This document shows positions 56,869 to 64,000 of a stretch of DNA of 64,000 nucleotides, piece after piece. The notes below the pieces were generated by a model that saw nothing but the letters and a program-made list of their open reading frames with translations, was not told where the DNA came from and made no database searches. Both the position numbers and the translations under genes were made by a program. The first letter of the stretch is position 1, and each line of letters opens with the position of its first letter. Source of the DNA: Nannocystales bacterium (GTDB lineage: Bacteria; Myxococcota_A; Polyangia; Nannocystales; Nannocystaceae); the NCBI GenBank assembly GCA_050633305.1, contig JBOEGF010000010.1, forward strand, positions 448,001 to 512,000. Reading direction: 5' to 3'.

Positions 56869-58119
56869 GTGGCAGCAGGCGAGGCGTACGACGTCGTTGT
56901 GGTTCGTGATCCCACGATGACAGTGGGCGCGATCAGAACGCTTTCACGAGATCTGGCTCACCTCACTGGGGTGAAACAAGCGGACGTGGAGCTGGCCATG
57001 CAGAAGGGCCGCTTCGTTGTGTATCCCGCGCTCGCTGGTGAGCGGGTCGAGGCCGCGACCGAGCAGCTTCGCGGGATGGGAGCCGTCGTGCAGGTGAAGG
57101 CCTCGGCGAACGCACACGCCACGGCGAACATCCAACCGCGGGCGGGTGCGGCGCCCGGGGCCGATGACTTCGGCGGTCCGGTCGCGCGCTTCTCGGATGT
57201 GGATCTCGGACTCGACTCCGGAGCGTTCAACACGGGCGCAGGCGCGAAGGTTCCCGAGTTGGCTCCGCCGCCATTGTTCGGCCAGGCCGGCGCAGGACAG
57301 GCTGCCGGCGGTCGGTTCTCACCGGTGGGTGGCGCTGAGGAGGCCCGGACGAGTCGGTATGAGCCCGTGCCGCAGGACCTCTCCGCGTTGGCCACCGAAC
57401 TCGAGACCGTGGGCGGACCGCCGAGTGGTGACGACATGTTGGCGCTCGCGACGGGACTCGACGCCGCCGCCCTCGACTCACCCTCGGTTCAGACGATCGA
57501 CGGCATGGACGGCGACGCGTTCGATGCCGCGGAGAAGGAGGCTGCTCGTGCCGCAGCGCCCGACCCCACGCCTGCCGCGGCCCCTCCCGAGGAGGAAGCG
57601 GAGCTGACCCTCGACGTCGATCCTCCGGCGGGATTGTCACCGGTGGGCCCCGCCGATGGTGCCGTGATCCGTCCTCAGCATCCGCCAGAAGAGGGGCTGA
57701 GCCTCGATCGCCCGGCGCAGTCCTCGGCCAGCATGTCCTCGCCGAGCTACGCCGCTCCGAGGGCCCCAATGTCCTCGCCGGGAATGCCGGTGGCCAACGT
57801 GGACCGACCCGAACGTGGGCTCTTGCTCGAAGACCCGGTCGCGAACACGCTGGGCCTGATCGCAGCTGCGTGCCTGGTCTGTGTCGTCGTGGCATTCGGG
57901 ATGACACGAGCGACGAAGCGCGAGCCCGTCGAAGGGCTCGAGACCGAGATCTCGGAGAGCTACCGCAGCCCCAGTGACGTGGAAGCGGGCAAGCAGCGCG
58001 CGCCTGCCACGATTCAAGAGGAACTCGACGACCTCTATGGCTCCGCCCGATTTCAGTTTCTGGCCGTGTTGATCCTGGGGATCCCCATCGGCCTGGGGCT
58101 CGGCCGAATTCGGCGCTAG
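56869..58119 (+). CDS. Membrane protein with N-terminal L7/L12-C-like domain and long disordered linker
   Basis: EAATEQLRGMGAVVQVK, A/P/D/E-rich middle, two C-terminal TMs. Confidence 0.7.
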   Translation: MAAGEAYDVVVVRDPTMTVGAIRTLSRDLAHLTGVKQADVELAMQKGRFVVYPALAGERVEAATEQLRGMGAVVQVKASANAHATANIQPRAGAAPGADDFGGPVARFSDVDLGLDSGAFNTGAGAKVPELAPPPLFGQAGAGQAAGGRFSPVGGAEEARTSRYEPVPQDLSALATELETVGGPPSGDDMLALATGLDAAALDSPSVQTIDGMDGDAFDAAEKEAARAAAPDPTPAAAPPEEEAELTLDVDPPAGLSPVGPADGAVIRPQHPPEEGLSLDRPAQSSASMSSPSYAAPRAPMSSPGMPVANVDRPERGLLLEDPVANTLGLIAAACLVCVVVAFGMTRATKREPVEGLETEISESYRSPSDVEAGKQRAPATIQEELDDLYGSARFQFLAVLILGIPIGLGLGRIRR

Positions 58120-58637
58120 GCCACTGCTGCGAGCGTTGCGGGCTCGGGGACTTCGATGTTCTCCGTCTTGGGCGACGTCTTGGCGCCCCGCATCATTCGC
58201 GCAGCGGCGACAAGAAGGGCGAGCTGCATCAGCGTCATCACGCCGACCAACACGTTGTCTTGCCACTGCATGCGGTCGCCCGTGAGCACGTGCTCGATCG
58301 GCCGTGAAGCGACGAGGTCCGCCATGCTCCATGCCCCGTACATCGCAGGGAGGATCACAAAGCGCTGAAGGCCCGAGAGGCCGACGAGGACCAATGCCAC
58401 GCTGGTGGCCCAACGCGCCTCGAGCCATCGGCCTGCCGACGCCGCGATGAGGAGGTGAGCTGCGAGCACGACCTCTGCCAGCCGAAGGTGGAGGGGCTCG
58501 CTCAGGGAGGCGATCAAGTTGGCGTCGATGAGGTTCGACTGTGCCGCCAGCTCGGGCAGCACAACGACGCGCCCCACGAGCTGAGCGCCCATGGCAGCTG
58601 CGCACGCGAGCAGACCGAGTACGGAGAGCGGCTTCAT
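58116..58637 (-). CDS. Four-TM membrane protein (DUF4149-like?)
   Basis: Four hydrophobic segments; ATG 58637. Confidence 0.65.
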   Translation of the reverse strand: MKPLSVLGLLACAAAMGAQLVGRVVVLPELAAQSNLIDANLIASLSEPLHLRLAEVVLAAHLLIAASAGRWLEARWATSVALVLVGLSGLQRFVILPAMYGAWSMADLVASRPIEHVLTGDRMQWQDNVLVGVMTLMQLALLVAAARMMRGAKTSPKTENIEVPEPATLAAVA

Positions 58638-58750
58638 GACACTAGGGGTGGCACGAAGCGAGAGGCGGACCAAGTTCTCGGCAAATCGCTGTCGTGGAGG
58701 CGGACGGGAGACGGGTCACGGCCATGTATTCTCTCTTGCTGTGTGTGTGA

Positions 58751-59765
58751 TGGGTCTTCGGGGCGCTCGTCGACAACTCTGGAAGCATGTCGGAGGAGGC
58801 GGCGGGCCTGGAGGCAAACATCAACACCAGCTTCACTCAGGAACTCGCATCGGCGAGCGTCGACTACCGCGTCTTGTTGGTGACCAACCATGGGAGCGCC
58901 TCGACCTCCGTTTGCATCGCGCCCCCGCTTTCGGGCACCGCCAACTGCGCCGGCCCTCCCGTCTCCATTCCCGGTCAGCTCGCCCACTACGATGTTGACG
59001 TTCAGAGTGACGACGGCCCGTGCGTTCTCCTCGATGGGTTGTTCGCGGGAGAAGCCGACGATTGGGCGCTCTTCCCAGGGGGGCTGGAACGCGAGCCTCC
59101 GGCCTGAAGCACCCGAGATCTTCGTCGTGCTGACTGATGATGGGACGCAGTGCACCTGGAACGGGACTTCGCTTGCGGATGGCAACACGGATGCGGAGGG
59201 GCAGAGCGACGCTCTTGCGTGGGAGCAAGAACTCCTTGCCTCGTCACCGCTCCAGTTCGGAACCGCGGGCGAACGCAACTACGTCGTGCACGGGATCCTC
59301 GGGGTGGAGGCCGCCGATGGTGATGCCCCTGCGGCGCCGTACCTCCCGGGCTACGCCGTCGCGCTCGAGGAGCGCACTCCCGGTGCTGTCGACCCAGGCA
59401 CCGCCTCTCAGTGGTTGGCGAAGAACACCGGGGGCCGGCGCTTCCCGCTGTGCGGCCCGAGCAACTACGACGAAGTCTTCGAGCAAATGGTGGAGGACAC
59501 GGTCGATCAGGTGGTCGTTGACTGCCAGTACCACTTGCCGACGCTCGAAGGCGAGGCGATCGACGATGGCTACGTTCGCCTGACCTACACCCCGCCTGCC
59601 GCAGAGGCCGCGACCTATCTGCCCGTCGCATCCGCGGACGACTGCGGTGTGTTGACGGAGGCGTTCTACATCGACGGCGAGACGGTCCATCTGTGCCCCG
59701 AGACGTGCAGCGCGGCTGTGGCAGAACCTGACGCTGTCTTGGAGCTGCAGGCGCTCTGCGAGTAG
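58751..59765 (+). pseudogene. Frameshifted, 5'-truncated vWA-like myxobacterial surface protein
   Basis: VDNSGSM MIDAS motif with no upstream start (TGA at 58748-58750). A +1 frameshift in the G6 run at 59078-59083 separates LFPG from GWNASLRPEA..VVLTDD. Confidence 0.75.
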
Positions 59766-59815
59766 GGGCGCTCGGGCCGGCCGGTGTGGCTGGTTTCGGC
59801 TGCTACGATTACGAA

Positions 59816-61774
59816 ATGAGTCGCGAGCCCATGCGCGGACTTGTTCTCTTGGGAGCACTGGTCGCTGGGATGAGTTGTGCGCTCGAAGGGCCTCGCGCAT
59901 CCACGGACACGTTCGGTCCGAAGGCGAAGATCTCGCCGATGCTCACGCCTGCCACGAAGGCCGCATGGACGTCGTTCGTCGACCGACGCTGTCGTCCCTC
60001 GAAAAGGAGCGCTGAGCAGAAGGGGTTGCAGGTCGACTGCGAGCCCGCGACAGTGGACGCGCAGATGGAGTCTTGTGTTGGCGCGCAGACTTGTATCGTC
60101 GCGGCTCGTCGAGCCAATGCTTGCGCCCGTCGTGGCGAGGGACCGATGATGGCTGGTGAGCGGCTCGACGTGTTCCTCAGTGGCGTGGTCGGCCTGGACT
60201 GCGACGGGATGCTCGACGCCTTGATGCGCAGCCCGTCTGGGCACGCTCCTTGGTGGGCGGGGGTCTCGATCTCCGAAGACGGGCTCGCGTGCCTGGCACG
60301 AAGCAAGCATCCAGACGCTCGACGCTTGCTGATCGTGGGCCGGGGTACGGGGCGTAGGGAGCAGTTGCTCGAAGACGTCGAGGGCACGGTCGCCTGGATG
60401 AGGCGGTGGCTGCTTCGGATGGAGACTTCTCCAAGCGGGGCGTTAGAGGCATGGGACTTTTGGTCGTTGTTCGACGCACTTCCGGATGCTCGACAGAACG
60501 AGCTGTTGCCGTCGCTTCGTCGGGTCGCATCAACCGAGTTTGTGGACCGTTGGGAGCAACGTGGCTGGCGGCATGAGGCGCTGGAGCGTCTCGGACGACT
60601 TGGCGACGCTGAGTCGGTCCCCATCATGCGTTCTGCGCTTGGCGAGTCGAGGAACGTGTGGTTGCAGGTTGCAGGTGCGACCGCGCTCGGGGAGATGGGG
60701 CCCGCGGCGAGGGCTGCGTCCGAAGACCTCGAGCGCGTGGCGAGCGAACACTGGTCTCTGGAGGCTCGGGCGGTTGCCGGACGGGCCGCGAAGCAGGTCT
60801 TGGGGGGGATGCCTCCGGAACTCGAGCCTCGAAGTTTCATTCCACCGAGTGATCCCGGGTCCCCCGAGATCTACGTCCCCATGCTCGGTGGCTCGGGGAG
60901 CGGCAGGTATCGTCGCTACGAGCCCGCCTCGGTTGTTGTGGACGGCGAGCGGATCGAGTTTGAACCCCAGCGCCGCCCCGTAGGGGCTCTGCCCGCCGAA
61001 CTCGCATCATTCGATCTCGCGGCGGCGGTTCCGGACGCACCCGGGATTCGCTCGTGGCGCAAGAGGCTGACCGCCATCGAGCGAGTCGGGCGGGGCTGGG
61101 TGCTGGGAACCGACATGGGAGAGTTTGGCGGGGGTGCGTGGTTTGTGACGCGCGACGGGCGGGCCCGGACGCTTTTGTCGAGGAACATCGTGGGTACCGT
61201 CGAGTTTGCGGGAGTTCGCTACCTTCTCGAAGGACTCGGGCACATGGGGAGTGAGGGGGCGATCCTGAAGATGCAGGAAACCGCTGGTGGCGTGGAACTT
61301 CGCCGGATGGTCGAACTTCCGGCCGCGCCCTATGACGTCGCCATTGTGGGCGACCATCTGCTTCACGCGACGCGGGCCGGGGTTGCCGTTGTCTCGACAT
61401 CATTCGAGATCGAGCTTCTTCCCTACGCGACTCGCCGACGTCCGCCGTCCGAGCTCCCGTCCGGGTACGGAGCGGAGGTTCTAGCCGCGGTGGAGGGGGA
61501 CGAGGTTGAAGTGCAGCGCTGCCTCGCTCCGCTGGACGGAATCACGGACCGCTGTTCGGCGCGAACCATCCCAGCCGGAGTCAGCCTCTGGTTCGACGTC
61601 AACGCAGCAGGGACAGTCACCGCGGTCGTTCCGTTCGAGGGCCGCGACGAGGCGTACCGTCGCCCGCCCACGCCCGAGGTCGCCGCTTGCATTGAAGCCG
61701 TCGCCACCTCGTGGACGCTCCCCGCCCTGGACTCTGGCTGGACCACGTTTGGGCTCACGCTCGAGCCGGACTGA
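59816..61774 (+). CDS. Lipoprotein with HEAT repeats and AgmX/TonB-C-like C-terminal domain
   Basis: Lipobox-like VAGMSC, LGRLGDAESVP, ATALGEMGPAA, GTDMGEFGG, EVAACIEAVATSWTLP. Start 59816 or 59831. Confidence 0.7.
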   Translation: MSREPMRGLVLLGALVAGMSCALEGPRASTDTFGPKAKISPMLTPATKAAWTSFVDRRCRPSKRSAEQKGLQVDCEPATVDAQMESCVGAQTCIVAARRANACARRGEGPMMAGERLDVFLSGVVGLDCDGMLDALMRSPSGHAPWWAGVSISEDGLACLARSKHPDARRLLIVGRGTGRREQLLEDVEGTVAWMRRWLLRMETSPSGALEAWDFWSLFDALPDARQNELLPSLRRVASTEFVDRWEQRGWRHEALERLGRLGDAESVPIMRSALGESRNVWLQVAGATALGEMGPAARAASEDLERVASEHWSLEARAVAGRAAKQVLGGMPPELEPRSFIPPSDPGSPEIYVPMLGGSGSGRYRRYEPASVVVDGERIEFEPQRRPVGALPAELASFDLAAAVPDAPGIRSWRKRLTAIERVGRGWVLGTDMGEFGGGAWFVTRDGRARTLLSRNIVGTVEFAGVRYLLEGLGHMGSEGAILKMQETAGGVELRRMVELPAAPYDVAIVGDHLLHATRAGVAVVSTSFEIELLPYATRRRPPSELPSGYGAEVLAAVEGDEVEVQRCLAPLDGITDRCSARTIPAGVSLWFDVNAAGTVTAVVPFEGRDEAYRRPPTPEVAACIEAVATSWTLPALDSGWTTFGLTLEPD

Positions 61775-61792
61775 GCTGCTACGCTGCGCCGC

Positions 61793-62746
61793 ATGCTCCT
61801 GCGTCGACGCTGGATTCAAGGTGCCGCGGCGGCGACGGCGGCTCTGGCGTGCGGCGTCCGTTCGCAGCCGACCTTGGCCGCGGGCGAGAGCGTGCTCGAA
61901 GAGGCCGAGTCCGCCTACAACCACATCGTCGTGACCGAGCGCGGGACGGTGCGCACGATGTACTTCGTCGTCGACGGCACGTACTACATCGAGTCTCGGC
62001 TCGACCGGGGGTACGCAGAGAGCCTCGACCTCGACTACACGCGCACGATGATGGCGGGCTTCTTGGTGAAGCCCGATGTGAAGCGGTTCTTGATGATCGG
62101 GTTTGGCGGTGGCCAGATCTCGAACTACTTGTTCAAGCGCTTCGAGGGGATCGAGATCGATGCGGTCGACATCGACCCCGAGGTGATTCGGTTGGCTCGG
62201 AAGTACTTCGAGGTTCCCGAGAGTCCGCGCTATCGAACCCACGCCGCGGACGGTCGGCTGTTCGTCGAGCAAGCGAAGGGGCAAACCTGGGACTTGGTCT
62301 TGCTGGATGCGTTCCGGGGCGTGTTTGTGCCGATGCACCTCAAGACGGCGGAGTACTACACGGCGCTTCGAGAGCATCTGACTCCCGACGGCGTGGTGGC
62401 GGCCAACTTGCACTCGCGCACCGACAAGTACCCCAGCGATCGCAACACGTTCGCGTCGGTGTTCCAGCAGCAGTACGCCTTCCGCAGTGAGAACCAACGA
62501 CAGACTTGTTTCGTCGCGGGGCCAGGGCAGGACCCCGTCTCTGTGTATGCGCTGCGTCGTCGGGCTCGCGAGCTGCAGCCGAAGTTCGACTTCGACATGT
62601 TGGGGCTGGCTGCGCGCCTACACCTCTCGCGAGACTGGAACCCCACCGCCCCCGTGCTGCACGACGACTTCGAGCAGAGCGAGGCCGGCGCGCAGCGGCA
62701 CAACAAACGATGTGAGGGCGACGACTGCCCGTACAGCACGCAGTAG
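61793..62746 (+). CDS. Spermidine-synthase-like SAM-dependent methyltransferase with Tat/lipoprotein-like leader
   Basis: ESAYNHIVV, MIGFGGG, VDIDPEVIRLARKYF, DGRLFV, DLVLLDAF, HLKTAEYY. Confidence 0.88.
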   Translation: MLLRRRWIQGAAAATAALACGVRSQPTLAAGESVLEEAESAYNHIVVTERGTVRTMYFVVDGTYYIESRLDRGYAESLDLDYTRTMMAGFLVKPDVKRFLMIGFGGGQISNYLFKRFEGIEIDAVDIDPEVIRLARKYFEVPESPRYRTHAADGRLFVEQAKGQTWDLVLLDAFRGVFVPMHLKTAEYYTALREHLTPDGVVAANLHSRTDKYPSDRNTFASVFQQQYAFRSENQRQTCFVAGPGQDPVSVYALRRRARELQPKFDFDMLGLAARLHLSRDWNPTAPVLHDDFEQSEAGAQRHNKRCEGDDCPYSTQ

Positions 62747-62830
62747 GACGATCCTCGCGGGGGCGCAACGGCCGCCCATGAGCGCGACGCGACATGGGGG
62801 CCTGGGAAAAGCGCTGCTACTATCCCGACC

Positions 62831-64000
62831 ATGCTTGGCTTGCACAGAGGCGCGACTGCGCTCGCGTTGCTTTCGGTTGTCGCGATCCCCTCCACTGCGG
62901 TCGCGGCACCGACCAACCCTGGCGAGCTGATCAACGATCTGGCGCCCGCGACGGACTGCAACTACTGCCACGCCTTCAGCAACCAAGACAACCTGTTCAC
63001 CGAGACGCCCTACGCTCCGCAGACCACGTGGACACCCACGCTGATGGCGAACGCGGCACGCGATCCGGTCTTCTGGGCGGGTGTAGCCATCGCGGCGCAA
63101 GACGACGCTGAGCACACCATCGACTGCATCCGCTGCCACTCACCCAACGCGTTCCTCAACGGTCGCGGCGGAGCCACGGCGATCGAGCAACTCGAGCCCG
63201 ACGATGGCGATCTCGAGGGAGTGACGTGCGAGTTTTGCCACCGCATGACTGAAGGCAGCCTTCTGGGCAACGCTCAGTATGAACTCGACGACGTTCTTCA
63301 GGGAGAGACGGTCGCGCGGCGGGGGCCGTGGGACTACACCGATGGCGTACCGCAGCCGGTCCCCGGCGAGGAGGGGCACGTCACCGCGTTCGATCCGTTC
63401 ACCGGAAGCTCGGAGATGTGTGGCACCTGCCACGAGGTCACGACCCATCGCGAGCGTGTCGACGCTCGTGGAAACGGGATGGGTTCGGACTTCAACGAGC
63501 AACGCACGTACTCCGAGTGGGCCCGGTCCGACTTCGCAGCGGCCGGGGACGGGTTCCGCTCGTGCCAGGACTGCCACATGCCCGAGGTTCCAGACTCGGC
63601 AGCGTGCGGTCCCTACAACAACGTGCACGAACATCCGCTGGGCAACCGGCGCCACGATTTGATGGGCGCCAATCGATTCATGCTCACGATGCTCGCCGAG
63701 GATGCACTGCCGGGCTTCGAGGCCGCCACATACGAACTCGCGCTCGACAAGATCGACGAGTTTGTCCGGACCTCCGCGTCGATGGAGGTCACCCCGCCAG
63801 AGTCCGTCGAGCTTGGCGCGGGCTTGCAAGACTTCGTCGTCCGGGTCACCAACGAGACGGGGCACAAGCTCCCCTCGGGGTACTCCGAAGGTCGCGTGAT
63901 GTGGATCGAGGTCGTGGCCAGCTACAACGACGAGGTCGTGATCAGCTCGGGTCGGTGGGATCAGTCGACAGGCAGCATCCAAGAGGACCCGACCGTGCGC
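62831..64000 (+). CDS. Secreted multiheme c-type cytochrome (3' truncated by the window)
   Basis: Not in the ORF track. ATG 62831, signal peptide, and in-frame CNYCH (62957), CIRCH (63125), CEFCH (63227), CGTCH (63419), CQDCH (63563); later VTNETGHKLPSGY. Confidence 0.92.
   Translation, partial: MLGLHRGATALALLSVVAIPSTAVAAPTNPGELINDLAPATDCNYCHAFSNQDNLFTETPYAPQTTWTPTLMANAARDPVFWAGVAIAAQDDAEHTIDCIRCHSPNAFLNGRGGATAIEQLEPDDGDLEGVTCEFCHRMTEGSLLGNAQYELDDVLQGETVARRGPWDYTDGVPQPVPGEEGHVTAFDPFTGSSEMCGTCHEVTTHRERVDARGNGMGSDFNEQRTYSEWARSDFAAAGDGFRSCQDCHMPEVPDSAACGPYNNVHEHPLGNRRHDLMGANRFMLTMLAEDALPGFEAATYELALDKIDEFVRTSASMEVTPPESVELGAGLQDFVVRVTNETGHKLPSGYSEGRVMWIEVVASYNDEVVISSGRWDQSTGSIQEDPTVR

Noticed and set aside
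61793..62746. Calling this gene speE
   Set aside because: Lacks the GGGDG aminopropyltransferase motif and has an export-like leader.
1..64000. tRNA, rRNA, IS elements, prophage or known defence systems
   Set aside because: None recognised by eye; the two STAND proteins end in DNA-binding domains and look regulatory.

Overview
High-GC window that looks myxobacterial, probably Nannocystaceae-like. This is inferred from Cys-rich lipoproteins with S/T/G/D/E linkers, MopE-type repeats, a DUF1588/DUF1552 pair, kinase-ECF pairs and an AgmX-type C-terminal domain. It holds about 60 CDS. Housekeeping genes are hisS, hisH-hisA-hisF, hisIE and plsY. Regulators include three ECF sigma modules, two Ser/Thr kinases, a sigma-54 response regulator, a hybrid kinase, Crp, LuxR, a MalT-like regulator, a second STAND regulator and an OmpR-type two-component system. 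Also present are an RND efflux operon, three RRM proteins, a frameshifted vWA-like pseudogene and a multiheme cytochrome running off the right end. No rRNA, tRNA, CRISPR array or transposase was recognised. The best candidate for an undescribed system is 47563-53086: an OmpR/HAMP kinase pair followed by YHYH lipoprotein, MORN protein, a second YHYH lipoprotein and an SCO protein. The same 17-bp box lies upstream of both parts, suggesting a regulated metal (copper?) loading system. Other highlights: a small ACT-like gene coupled to the MalT-like regulator, a 101-aa Pro/Ala insertion in HisH, a small protein with symmetric Cys spacing, and a recurring -10 hexamer 6-10 nt before start codons. All family calls come from motifs read by eye; no searches were run.
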